From the NCBI GenBank assembly GCA_964016885.1, contig OZ024750.1, positions 15,066,001 through 15,130,000 of the forward strand: a stretch of DNA of 64,000 nucleotides. The letters are read 5' to 3'. The notes below the pieces were generated by a model that saw only the letters and a list, made by a program, of their open reading frames with translations, had not been told where the DNA came from and searched no databases. Shown here in pieces: positions 15,261-28,532 of this stretch. Positions within the stretch are counted from its first letter, which is position 1. The number at the start of each line of letters is the position of its first letter. The position numbers and the translations under genes are program-made. This stretch comes from Eledone cirrhosa. Lineage: Eukaryota.

Positions 15261-15577
15261 GTGCTATTTGAATCTACTATGATTTGGGCTTACCTTATGC
15301 CTATATATATGTTTTTGCATGTCAGTTAGATTCAAACTTACAATGGTTGGCATTATATATATAATATATATATACAGTGGCGGACTAGGTCTAAAAATAT
15401 TGGTTGCTATCATTTAATTTTTATAATGAATAAATAACATTTTCAAAAAATACATAAATGGAAAAAAACAGTCCAATCAAATTTTTGCGGAAAAATATCG
15501 TACTTTCTCCAATAAAAAAATATGTATTTTGCGAAATCCAGAGACTTTCAATAATGACCTTTGGTTTTTCACTCACT

Positions 15578-15625
<48 letters not shown>

Positions 15626-15646
15626 ATGTGTGTGTGTGTATGTGGG

Positions 15647-15742
<96 letters not shown>

Positions 15743-16009
15743 TATATATATATACACACCACCTTCACCAGTAATTGATTTGACAGATGTCTTTAACCCA
15801 TTGATACCAAACATTGTTTGGTCAGTAGTTCGTGTGTAAGTATATAAATATATAAGTTAAAATAGAAAAACAAAAACAATAACATATATATATACATATA
15901 TATACATATATATATACATATATACATACATACATATATACATACATATATACATACATATATACATACATATATACATACATATATACATACATATATA
16001 CATACATAT

Positions 16010-16412
16010 ATGGTGGCTGCCAACTCGTTTTCGAGTACGGCCACTACTTTATATCCATGTAGGAGAACCCCTACCGATGCGCTGAACGAGTGTGACTTTT
16101 TAGTCCAGCCAGCGACTTGAAAACTCTGGTACAAACACTACACATGTGACAATTACTGACACATAGTGCTGGGCCCATGGTACCATGTGACGACAAGTGC
16201 AGAGAGATCTCCAGATATAAAGCAATGCCTGTGCCGTGAAGCTTTTATAGTGAGCAAAGGCACTGCACAAAGCCAGTCCCACTCTCTTAACCAAGATGAT
16301 ATTTACCAAAAAGAAGAACAAGTTAACATCATTGGATACCATCAGGGTTGCAGGTGTTATATCAGAGTTTTCCTTCTCCTAGAATTCTGCCTTGACAAAG
16401 GCTAAGGGGTCA
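16010..16412 (-). mobile_element. Non-autonomous bipartite RTE-derived element, diverged copy
   Basis: Shares 'tggctgcc..ctcg..tcgagta', 'gcaatgcctgtgc' and 'ccttctcctagaa...gacaaaggcta' with 13948-14265. Confidence 0.6.
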
Positions 16413-17043
16413 TCTCTCATACATTCATACATGCATACATGCACACATATAGACACACACGCAGATATATGTCTGTGAATTTACCTACATGAAAGAGTGA
16501 GCAATGTGTTGATAAAAAGCAGCAGTACCTAATTGTCGGTCTCATATTACATATTCGTCTGGCATGACACGCATTTGATGTAGTTTTTAATTCTTTCGCA
16601 ATGTTCTTCAGATGTTTACCAATGATTAGCATCGCCTTGGCAATTTACCTTTTTCACCTTGCAATGATGAATGTTTTACTTTTGTTTTTATTTGTTTCTG
16701 TAATTTCTACCAGTATTAATCTAATGACTTTTATTACAGATACTAATGCCAAAATTAAGCCGCATAAATCTGCTGGTCTTTAAAATTACTCCGTGTAAAA
16801 ATCCAATTAATTCTTGTAATATCCACCAATTAATTGAGGATTTTCTTGTCAAAGCATTTTGTCTTAGATGTGACTGACTCAAAAATAGAGATATGCTTTT
16901 TTAAAACCAGCATTTATATAATTAAGATTAGCATTAAAGAACTCTAAATTTCAGATATGAGATATGATTAGCTTCAAAATGCATTAATGTATTCTAAATA
17001 CAAAGGAGTAGAATCTAAACGATAGAAATCATATTCTTTTAAG

Positions 17044-17316
17044 ATAATTGTTTCTACTTTTTGGCACAAGACCAGCAATTATCCCAGTGCATTACTGGTA
17101 CTTTATTTTATCGACCCCGTAAGGATGAAAGGCAAAGTTAAACTCGGCAGGATCTAAACTCACACCGCAAAGGGACCTAACCCTATGCTGCCGATACTGC
17201 CAATCCACCTAAGATAATTGTTTCTACTTTTGGCACAAGGCCAGCAATTACCCAGTACATTACTGGTACTTTATTTTATCGACCCCGTAAGGATGAAAGG
17301 CAAAGTCAACCTCGGC
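17044..17316 (-). mobile_element. Two tandem Nin/Deu-like SINE copies (one deleted, one truncated)
   Basis: Two 'aagataattgtttctactttt' starts at 17041 and 17211. Confidence 0.85.
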
Positions 17317-17608
17317 AAATAATGGTTTATTATTTAGGCATAAGGGCAACAGTTTTTTGTGGGGAGACGAAACCCGATTAAAACAACATCGGAGCATCAC
17401 TAGTATTTTATTCGATCGATCCCATAAGGTTGAAAGGCAAGTTAACATCGGCGGGATTTGAACTCCATAAAGACTTTCGTTATTCACCTGAATTGAATTA
17501 AACACATACACCCACCCACACCCACACCCACACACACAAACACATACACAGATATATATGTAGATATATGTGTGAGTGTATGTATCTATCTATATCTTTC
17601 TCTCTCCC

Positions 17609-17643
<35 letters not shown>

Positions 17644-17660
17644 CACAATATACATATATA

Positions 17661-17697
<37 letters not shown>

Positions 17698-17809
17698 CCC
17701 GCCGAGATTAACTTTGCCTTTCATCCTTTCGGGGTCCATAAAATAATAAAATAAAGTACCAGTAATGCACTGAGTAATTGGTGGCCTTGTGCCAAAAGTA
17801 GAAACAATT

Positions 17810-17867
<58 letters not shown>

Positions 17868-17924
17868 ATAATATATATATACAATAATATATATTAGTGG
17901 TGAACCAGTGGTGAACCTCAAACC

Positions 17925-17977
<53 letters not shown>

Positions 17978-18128
17978 ATACTTTGGGAGGGTCATGTTGC
18001 CAATAAGAAACACACGCACCAGTTGCTTTCACTTCAATTTAATTTATTAAATATTTATAAATTTACAAATTTATAAATTTCTGGTTGGTTGGTTGGTTCC
18101 ACAACCAGATAGTTGTTTATATATATAT

Positions 18129-18173
18129 AGTCATAGTTCTTTCGTCACACACTCTGTGACCTCTTCAGTGACT
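18129..18173 (-). ncRNA. Minimal type I hammerhead ribozyme motif
   Basis: Minus strand reads AGTCA-CTGAAGA-G-GTCACA-gagtg-TGTGAC-GAAA-gaac-TA-TGACT. It has a perfect 5 bp stem I, a 6 bp stem II and one extra G after A9. Confidence 0.8.
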
Positions 18174-18334
18174 GGGGATTTCTTTCTTCGTTTCTGTGCC
18201 TTTCCTTTCTTCTATCCTACGCCATTTTGTTTGTGTGAAATTCAGAAACGAAATATATATATATATATATATATACAATAATATATATATACAATAATAT
18301 ATATTAGTGGTGAACCAGTGGTGAACCTCAAACC

Positions 18335-18385
<51 letters not shown>

Positions 18386-18877
18386 TCAGGTTATCAATAA
18401 TGTAGTGATAATATATCGTTACGTTAGAGATGAACAATATATATATATATACACTGAGATTTCCTACAACAGAGCGTAAAACATGTTCTGATTACAGATT
18501 CTATTATAAAATAGACTATCTTATATTAATAGCATTTTTCAAAAGTATCCAACATGAAGTAAATATCTTACTTGACTACAAAAGGAAAATAATGATGTAG
18601 TATATCGTCATAAATAATAAACATACATAAATATATGATAGAAATGAACTAATAATAAAATGAAATAACATAAAGATATGCAGTGAAAACAAAATCAATA
18701 CACTGTTCAAATTATGTGAAGGTTCAGATTTTATCATGTCATTTCTAATGTAGCTAGTTACATAATTTAGTGTCTTCTAGCGTGGAGATATTATCATAAA
18801 AACAGAACAGAGTAACCTATCTCATTAACTGTAATTAGTATGACGATAGTTGAGTTTTTATTATTTGAAGCGGGGAA

Positions 18878-19386
18878 GGGCGGTGGATTGGCAGTATTGG
18901 TAGAGCGTCGGACACCATGCTTTGCAGCATAGAGTTATGGCCCATCCTGATCTGAGTTCAAATCTCGCCGAGGTTAACTTTGCCTTTCATCCTTACGAGG
19001 TCGATAAAATAAAGTACCAGTCACGCACTGAGGGTCAATTAAATCGACTTTCCTCTCCCCCCAAAATTGCTGGCCTTGTGCCTATATAAGAAACCATTAT
19101 TTGAAGAGGAGAGGATACAATAGAAAAGCAGTGATATTAGAACACTTGAAACACTCAACACTAAGGAATTGTTTCTTATATAGGCACAAGGCTAGCAATT
19201 TTGGGGAGGGGAAAGTCGATTAAATCGACCCCAGTGCGTGACTGGTATTTTATTTTTATCGACTCCGTAAGGATGAAAGACAAAGTTAACCTCGGCGGGA
19301 TTTGGACTCAGGCCCTAAAGGGCTGTGACTCTATGCTGCAAAGCATGGCACCCGACCCTCTACTGATACTGCCAATCCACCACCCA
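18878..19386. mobile_element. Tail-to-tail inverted pair of long-variant Nin/Deu-like SINEs (18878-19100 +, 19168-19386 -)
   Basis: Both carry the extra 'gggtc.att.aatcgactt..cc.ctcccc' segment that the short variant lacks. Confidence 0.88.
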
Positions 19387-19434
19387 TTGGTTCTACATAA
19401 TAACATACATAAATACAGATATGGTTTTTCTCAC

Positions 19435-19635
19435 ATCTGAGAAAAACCACAGACCCTCCATCTCAACTCTACTTTTGAAAAGCAGAACTGCGAAACCGGT
19501 AAAGGAACCAAATAAATATATATATTTTTAAAAAATAAGACTCCAGTTGCATTTTCGATTTCATCTTTTTTCTTTATACTTTCACTCGTGTAGGACACCG
19601 GTTATTTTTCATTTTGTAAAAAAACCTCACTTTCT
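19435..19635 (+). mobile_element. Short element ending in (TA)n, family B, carrying a variant hammerhead at 19471-19505
   Basis: CTT-TTGAAAA-GCAG-aa-CTGC-GAAACCGGTA-AAG. Reverse-complement homolog at 30689-30900. Confidence 0.75.
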
Positions 19636-19936
19636 TATATATATATATATATGAAAGACGTAAATAAGAAAGTTATGAAAATTGACTTACTAACTAAAAT
19701 TTCACTCCAACTAATTAGTTTCTGTAAGGGGATAAATACAGTTATGTAATACCTGTAGAGAAGCCTTACGTCATCAGGGAGTCTATTCTCAGCTAAGCCA
19801 CCAGGCAATGCGGGGACACTGGAAGCTTATATAACAATAATTCAGTGGATGGAAAAAAGCGAAAAAATCGAGCGGGGCTATATATTTGCTAGCGTAGGTA
19901 TGCATCTGTATACATATGTCGGTAGATATATTAATT

Positions 19937-19969
<33 letters not shown>

Positions 19970-19973
<4 letters not shown>

Positions 19974-20230
19974 ATACATTAACAGAGAAAGCTTTAAGCA
20001 ATACTCCGACCGGCTTCCGTCTCACTCAACAAACATTAGGATATACCTTAGTATAATCCCAATTTTACGTTTGTGGTGCTAACTATACGTATTTTGCGGA
20101 TAGCCAGTTGTATTATTTTATATGAGACATAATTAAAATACATCTCCCTTTCCAAACAATTGTTTCATTATAAGTTTTCTACAAATTGGGAAAATAATGT
20201 CCAGGTTATGTAGAAGCCTACACATAGTCC

Positions 20231-20232
<2 letters not shown>
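19970..20232. mobile_element. (TA)n-flanked short interspersed element, family C; homolog at 54082-54270
   Basis: Shared 'tctcactcaacaaacattagg...gtgctaac...agccagttgtattattt...tctc.ctttcc'. Confidence 0.7.
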
Positions 20233-20319
<87 letters not shown>

Positions 20320-20688
20320 AAGGGATGTTTAAAACTAGAGGAGAAGAAATGTGAATGTAGACGACAGTAAAAATAGAAAGAAACCGTGGAAAATTAGATA
20401 GTAGAAAGCACGTGTGTAATATTTATAATGACAGTTTACTCTGTATAAAGATGTTATCAGATAATGTCAGCGGCCTCTAAAGCATATATCAGTGTACTCG
20501 TATGTCTTACAACTAGACACCTGCATAGAAACAAACACACACGTACACCCATGGATACGCACACATACACACACACATATATGCCAGTGTATTTGTGCGT
20601 TTGTATATATACACCCTCCCATATATACATACATATGTATATATATATATATATATATGTATATTATGTATATATATATCATTATTAT

Positions 20689-20870
20689 CGGTGGATTGGC
20701 AGTATCGGTAGAGGGTCGGACGCCATGCTTTCCAGCATAGTTACGTCCCTTTACGATCTGAGTTCAAATCCCGCCGAGGTTGACTTTGCCTTTCATCCTT
20801 ACGGGGTCGATAAAATAAAGTACCAGTAATGCACTGGGTAATTGCTGGCCTTGTGCCTAAAGTAGAAACA

Positions 20871-20890
<20 letters not shown>
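20689..20890 (+). mobile_element. Nin/Deu-like SINE, full copy with (ATT)n tail
   Basis: Matches the family consensus. Confidence 0.9.
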
Positions 20891-20901
<11 letters not shown>

Positions 20902-20906
20902 AATCT

Positions 20907-21080
20907 AGAAATGGCTTCTACAGGACTAGAACTGTTTAATCCAGGAGAAATCATTTCCTGAATGAAACAGTTCTAGTCCTGAAGAAGCCATTTCTGTATT
21001 ATATATTAAATATTTATACTCTGCTATGTATTGAGTACCTTACTTACTATGGATACTCCCGATTGAACCCGGGATAACTT
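20907..21080 (+). mobile_element. Fold-back short element, family D, with partial hammerhead (GAAAC-agttcta-GTC)
   Basis: Inverted arms at about 20907-20937 and 20965-20995. Related sequence at 54405-54508 and 39835-39852. Confidence 0.6.
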
Positions 21081-21209
21081 ATCTATCTATCTATTATCTA
21101 TCTATATATAATGAAATAATTATCTTATGTTGTTTATTACATAACTAATAAGCTCTGTAACCTACATAGAGCACTCTCTTTTCCTGGACCTTTCCGACGG
21201 AATTACTTC

Positions 21210-21273
<64 letters not shown>

Positions 21274-21499
21274 TCTCTCTCTCTCTATATATATATAATT
21301 TCTTTCCCTAATAACGCTTAGAACAGTCGTCTAATGGATCCTTTATACCCTGTCTCTAGGTTAGACTATCTTATAATATTTATTTTGTTACCCATCTTAT
21401 ACCTAAGTATTTTAACTGAAGTTGTATTTCATAGTTTGATATGTATATGAAGTTTCTATACAGAATATATGTGTATAAGTATCTTTTCCCTTTGTCCCT

Positions 21500-21540
21500 T
21501 CGTTTCCTGATGAAAACCACAACCCGAAACGTTGACTATT
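21500..21540 (+). other. Degenerate PLE-type hammerhead motif
   Basis: CTGATGA at 21507 and CCCGAAACGTTGAC at 21523, but stem II no longer pairs. Confidence 0.45.
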
Positions 21541-21680
21541 CCTGTTTTATATTTTTATTGCAGTATAAACCTAATTACATTGTGTTCTTCGTGTTTTTGT
21601 TACTTTATTTCTTGGAATCGTCTTGAGATATTATTTTTGTGAAAGACGGTTTTTAGGTGTTTCATTATTTTTATTATTAA

Positions 21681-22172
21681 TCAAATCCCGCCGAGGTTAA
21701 CTTTGCCTTTCCACCTTACGGGGTCGATAAAATAAAATACCAGTAATGCACTGGGTCGATTTAATCGACTTGCCCCTCCCCCCAAATTACTGGCCTTGTG
21801 CCTATACTAGATATTATTTTTATTATTGAGGTTAACTTTGCCTTTCATCCTTACGGGGTCGATAAAATAAAGTACCAGTAATACACTGGGTAATTGCTGG
21901 CCTTGTGCCAAAAAGTAGAAACAATTATTTTTATTATTAATTATAATCCAGGAGTGATGGATTGGCACTATCGGTAGAGCACAGGACTATGCTTTGCAGC
22001 ATAGAGTTACGGCTCTTTAAGTTCTGAGTTAAAATCCGGCCGAGGTTAGCTTTGCCTTTCATCCTTATGGGGTCGATGATAAAATGAAATACCAGTAATG
22101 TACTGGGGTCGATTTAATCGACTTTCCCCTCCTCCAAAATTGCTAGCCTTGTGCCTAAATCAGAAGCCATTA
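21681..22172 (+). mobile_element. Cluster of three head-to-tail Nin/Deu-like SINE copies
   Basis: Truncated copies at 21681 and 21828 and a full copy from about 21950. Confidence 0.88.
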
Positions 22173-22434
22173 TTAATTATAATCCATCAAATATTTCAGA
22201 TATATTTTTAAAAGGATCACTTTACTGTTGAGTAAATCTATAATACAGGTACAGAAAATGAAAGAGAACTGACCGTGCACTGCATTTCCAATCCGTCAAA
22301 TTAAGACTTTCTTTACTTTCTTATATATTTATTGAAAGATCAATGACTAAAATTCGTTTCCTGAAACTTTGTCACAATTTTGCACGGAAACATGATAAAG
22401 TTCAGAAAATTTATTTATTTCTAGTCCACTTTGG

Positions 22435-22547
22435 TGAAGGCACGTGGCTGATTGGTTAGAGAATTGGATTTGCAATCGTGAAATTGTCAGTTAGATTCCT
22501 GGACTAGGCGATGCGTTATGTTCTTGAGCAAGACACTTTATTTCACG
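22435..22547 (+). mobile_element. Truncated tRNA-head SINE (same head as 7846); another copy at 26472-26625
   Basis: 'gaaggc.cgtggct..tggttagag...ttctt.a.caagacactttatttcacg'. Confidence 0.75.
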
Positions 22548-22700
22548 ATGGATAGATAGTATTATCAATTGGAAATACCAACGGAAACATTGTTTCCTCG
22601 GTCCGATTTGACGACAGTCGATCGACATCATTTTTTGGGGTGTATTAGTGAATTGAATAACGTAGTTGGATCTATTATGGCTCAAACCAGAAGTAAGTCT
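22545..22700 (+). mobile_element. Tc1/mariner transposase remnant
   Basis: 'RWID...FPRSDLTTVDRHHFLG' resembles the 'RWIGR...WPPRSPDLTPLDFFLWG' catalytic motif. Confidence 0.45.
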
Positions 22701-23269
22701 GAAGTCGGTAATGTGAATGAAGGAAACACTCATGTATTTGTTTGGACCACTCCACATTCTGGTGCCTTACCTAACTACAATTAAATGGCAGATTATTAAA
22801 CATTTTAAGGAGTGCATTAAAGAATGAAACCAACAACAAAAATTATTCTCAAGGTTCGGTTAGGAAACTATAGGCAGTAAAGTTAGCGAAAGCGTTAGTT
22901 TCCCGTATCAGTTGGCTAATGTTGATGGCAAATGTGTCTAAATTCAAATCAAACTAGCGTTAACTTTGCTTTTCCTGTTTCCTTCGTTACTAAAGAAATA
23001 CATTAAGCTTGAATCACTAAATCATATCCGTCTTGTGACAGGCACTATGCTGGTACATCAGAAATATTGTATAATACGGCAGTTTGTCGAGTCGCGATAA
23101 ATGTTATTTGGCAGATAAATCCATTTCTTTACATTTTTTGAAGTTCAAATGCTACCGGGTATAAAATAGCATTGAATTATAACAGGAATTCTCGTGTTTG
23201 GTTTGCTGCAGCATTACATACAACACGTAACTAGTAGACACTAACAAAAGTAGAACCTAATTATAGGTG

Positions 23270-23333
<64 letters not shown>

Positions 23334-23371
23334 GTATATATATATATGTATATATATATATGTATATATAC

Positions 23372-23402
<31 letters not shown>

Positions 23403-23783
23403 CATATATATATACATATATATATGCATATATATATGTATATATATATATGTATATATATATATATACACACACACATATATATATACATATATATATA
23501 TACACATATAATATATACATATATATATATACATGTATATATACACACACATATATATATATATATATATACATATATATACATACATATATATACATAT
23601 ATATACAGACATACATACATATATACACATACATATATATATATATATACACATACACGTATATACACGTATATATACACATACACGTATATATATATAC
23701 ACGTATATATATACACGTATATATACACATACACATATATATATATATATACATGCATATATCTATCTGTATATAAGCATTAT

Positions 23784-23859
<76 letters not shown>

Positions 23860-23894
23860 GCATGCATATATCTATCTATCTGTATATAAGCATT

Positions 23895-23931
<37 letters not shown>

Positions 23932-23967
23932 CATGCATATATATATATATATCTGTATATAAGCATT

Positions 23968-24012
<45 letters not shown>

Positions 24013-24654
24013 CATGCATATAAATATATATCTGTATATAAACATTATATATATATTTACACATATGATATCAGGTAGAGAACAAATAATAAATGTGATG
24101 TAGTTTACTGACAGTCTTGCTGGCCGACCGATATGCTAATTATATTGCCAGCTATGGATCTCTATGTTTATTTATTTGTGTAAGATACCACTTCTATGAA
24201 TATATAGCAATTGAAAGTATGTCCATTATCGAGTAAATAAGTCATCCACGATATGTAGAAAACGTTAATGCAGTGACACATTTTAAAGAGTAAAGAAGCT
24301 AAGACTAGAAATAATTGTGTTTTATCATTATCAAATTCACTGAATACATGAAGTATATTTGCCTGAGGAACCAGTAGCAAACATACATAACATTTTATGG
24401 GTTTATATATCTATGGAATCATCTATTATTTACATCATGGCTTCTAGCATTGGTCCATATTTAGAAGAAGTATATCGATAAATTGCACACGACTATTTAG
24501 CTGTTACTTATGTTATAGGCCATTGCGATATGAAAGTTAAAGAGCTGTAAGGACGATTTCAACGTAGAATGTAAAGAAACGCCATTACATATGTCCGCTT
24601 CCGTATCTGGCTTCCTGCATTATGACGTTAAAATGAGAAAAACCTAAATTACAT

Positions 24655-25075
24655 GTGGTAGTATCGGTAGAGCGTCAGGCACCATGCTTTGCAGCATGAA
24701 GTTATAGCCCTTAACGTTCAAATCCTGCCGAGGTTAACTTTGCCTTTTATCCCTACGGGGTCGATAAAATAAAGCACCAGTATGTACTGGGGTAATTGCT
24801 GGCCTTATGCCAAAAGTAGAAACAATTATAAATTTGACCTAACTATAATGCATAATTAATACAATTAAATATAATTCCATTCATTTTGGGGGATTGGCAG
24901 TATCGGTAGAGTGTCGGATGCTATGCTTTGCAGCATAGAGTTACGGCCCTTTACGGTCTAAGTTCAAATTCCTCCGAGGTTAACTTTGCCTTTCATCCTT
25001 ACGGGGTCGATAAAATAAAGTACCAGTAATGCACTGGAATAATTGGTGGCCTTGTGCCAAAAGTAGAAACAATTA
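24655..25075 (+). mobile_element. Two Nin/Deu-like SINE copies (24655-24830, 24888-25075)
   Basis: Match to the family consensus. Confidence 0.88.
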
Positions 25076-28000
25076 TCCAAAACACAACTGGATTATTGAA
25101 GAAGCATTAATTTTGTTACGATAGAAACTTCAAATACAGATGAAGACAATGCTTTATTAGTGTAAATGACAAAGGAGTGTCTACAACTCGGTGAACACAC
25201 AACCCGAAACCGCTTGGCACCGCGGCCGGGGTGAAAGCAGCGATTCTTTGCTAAAACTTTAATCTGTTATTTTAATAAATATGTATATATATATATTATA
25301 GTATATATATATCTATATCAAGAGCTTCCACATAGTTTCTGTCTACCATATTCCGGTTTTGGTAAGAAATCCTCACCCAACATATGCCACACAGACAGAA
25401 TCAATCCCGAAGTCATTTGTTTGTGAAGTGAATCTCTCTTTACGACACACAGTGATACATGTGCTCATTTCTGATAATAAGTAACTTTAATATTTGCTTA
25501 TCATTTATATGCGTGTCTTAGACTACTTTTCATTCAAGTTTTATCTATTTTATCATGATATTAGATATTTATAGGAATTGAAAACTGAATAATAGAAAAC
25601 AAGATCAGAGACAAGTCATAAATATCGTATCTTGCTTGACCAAATACATATATGTCAATCAACTCAATTCCTATACGAATCATAAATCGTGAATTCTTGA
25701 CTTGATTTCAGATATATGTATCAATGAATGATTATTTAGTTTACCCAATTCATGAATTTTACTGAAGATTTTGACCCTTAAGTGATGAAAGGCAAGCTTA
25801 GTCCTATTGGGGTCAGGAAAACAATATTAGCGGTGAAAATGAAACAGTATCAAAGAAGCAACTAAACCGAGTTTAGCAGACATTGAGATCTTTCTGTCGC
25901 TCAGCAGTTTTCGAAAATATATTGAAATGTACTTTTGAAGTGCAGATATGATAAATAACGATTGGTTTTATTACACACAGAATGGGGTCCAGCTAACAGA
26001 ACACAACGCTATATTCTGGATGTAATTTCAGTGAATGAGAAAAAAAGCATTCATCTATTTATTTTCCAATGAATATTTTATGAAATATGGTTTTACTGTT
26101 GAGGCCAGTGACAGTCTGCTAATGTTCTATAGCACTATTACCATCACCGGTATTGTTAATGTATAGGACTACCGTTGCACAGATCGCTGGTTTATATTTC
26201 AATACATATGCTGGTTTATGCTTTCAGGAAGTTATTCATTTAATAAATATGTAATCTTGCTAGTTATAAATAAGTTCTATATCGAGATATAAAATCAAGC
26301 TTTGAAAAACGAAAGCAAAATATGATTGCAAATTAAACTCAATCCCGTTTGAACACTGAGGCTCCTATTCAGAGAACGATGTGCTTCTTAATAAATTATC
26401 ATTGTTGTGATAAAGTTTGTATTTTATTCTAGAGTGAATCTTATTAATGCAGGCTCTTTGATTTTTTTTAGCGAAGGCGCGTGGCTTAGTGGTTAGAGCA
26501 TTGGGCTTGTAATCGAAAGGTTGTGAGTTCGATTCTCGGACCGGGTGATGTGTTGGGTCCTTAAACAAGACACTTTATTTCACGCTGTTCCAGTTTACTC
26601 AGCTCTAGAAATGAGTTGCGATCCTGCCAAATCAATGGGTGGCAGTAGTTCCAGCTGCACACATCGAAAGACTGGTGTAGTGGTTCTGAGAACAATGCGG
26701 CTTTGCAGATGATCAATGCAAATTGACAATGGAAAGGCGCTCCCACTCGAGTTAGAAGAAAACTATTGACCTTCAGGAGAAGCAGCGACCCCATGATTGT
26801 ATTAAGCAACCGAAATATGAAGTATACCAAATCCAATGATCCTAGGGGCGGCCCTGGTTCTTCTTATTTGCGAGTGTAAACTCGGCCAGATTAGATTAGA
26901 TGATTTAGACAAATTTTATAAATTGCTTCATTTTTATCATGTATAAGATAATCAGATTTATCTTTCTTTGACTTTTTGTTAACACATAGAATCCTGTCCC
27001 TATATACAGTGAGTGATACTATTAAGGTATCTATTAAGTAAATGATTGACGTAAATCAGAATGTTCTATAGAAATGAAAATAGTAACATTTAAGAGATAT
27101 AGTAGTAGGTCAGATTCCCGTAATATACTTTATAGTTAGGCGAATTTTGAAGATGTAAACATTAAGGTGCTAGAGTTAACCTTAATATCAGGTGTGGCGT
27201 AACATGAAACTGTTTATATTGACGAAGCTAGAGCAAAGTTATTGACATCAGCTTTCAGAATGTTAATGAGATGTGAAAAATGCAAAAAGATACATCCATA
27301 TTTATATTTATCTGCATTTCTACTTAAGCATGATTTTAGGGAGTCCACGATTCTATGATAAATTGTTAACACATCTCCCTCAAATTACGCTCAGTGATTT
27401 TATATATAGAAATACACACAAGTTGGAATATTACTGGAACGAAAAGATGTGATGGTCTCAGTTGTGACACCTTTAATCATACATTTTTACTGCTCTATAG
27501 CAACTGATATAAACTAAATAACAACATATAAGTTGTACCACGTCATATAGATGATTTGTGATAATGTATACTTGTCACATGATTTGTGATAATGTATACT
27601 TGTCATATGGTAAATTATATAGGTTACTTATAAAATATACAGGTCAGCTTAGTGTTCTATAAGTGCCGGCTCACCTCATGAAATTTGCTACTTGGAAACT
27701 AATGGAAGAAAGAATGCTTTTAAGAATTTCGTTTCTAAATCTATAATGAGTGCGCATAAAAGTGCATTTTGGTCATTGAAATATCTTGGTGAGGAAAATA
27801 TATTAAGATAGAATGTTTGAAAAAAAAAACTAATCGAAGTAGAGAATCATCGTCGCTGTGAAAGTATTTGTAGTCAAGCAGTTTTACTATTATCATTAGA
27901 TGTGGAAATGATTTAAGTCTAATATAGATTTTATATTATTCGAACAATTTCTAGTTGATGAGATCAAAGTAGACGTTTGTATAGATTGGAAGACGCTGGT

Positions 28001-28158
28001 ATTACTTTTAACGTAGAAATATTTATGATTTGAATAACTTTTAAGATATCTGCAATATTTACAGCTATGTTAGTCTAATTTTAAACAGACAAAACATTTA
28101 CAAACGTTATATGTCCCTAACTACAGATATCGTGGAAAAGCGTTAAACGATAATATAA

Positions 28159-28220
<62 letters not shown>

Positions 28221-28227
28221 TGTAGGT

Positions 28228-28276
<49 letters not shown>

Positions 28277-28457
28277 CAAGCTCTCTTTAGTATCTTTAGA
28301 TTCGTTGAGCGATAGGAAGTTTGTGAATTTGAAAGAAATATTTACTTTGTTTGACTATGAAGCTTCTTTCAAATTCTATCACTCAAATATTCTAAAGATA
28401 GATTATCTACATGTACTGCCTGTAATGTAAGGCTTAATATAACGGGAAAATATGTCG

Positions 28458-28532
28458 GTGTCGCTTTGGTGTAAATGGAAAACACGGTTTAACAGACATT
28501 GCATGTGCGGGTTCGAGTCCCAAGGATGGCGC
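28458..28532 (+). pseudogene. tRNA-like sequence (decayed tRNA or SINE head)
   Basis: A box TGGTGTAAATGG, B box GGTTCGAGTCC and a weak acceptor stem. The anticodon arm does not fold. Confidence 0.45.

Noticed and set aside
26625-26870. GC-richer segment that could be a retroelement remnant or exon
   Set aside because: No recognisable motif in any frame.
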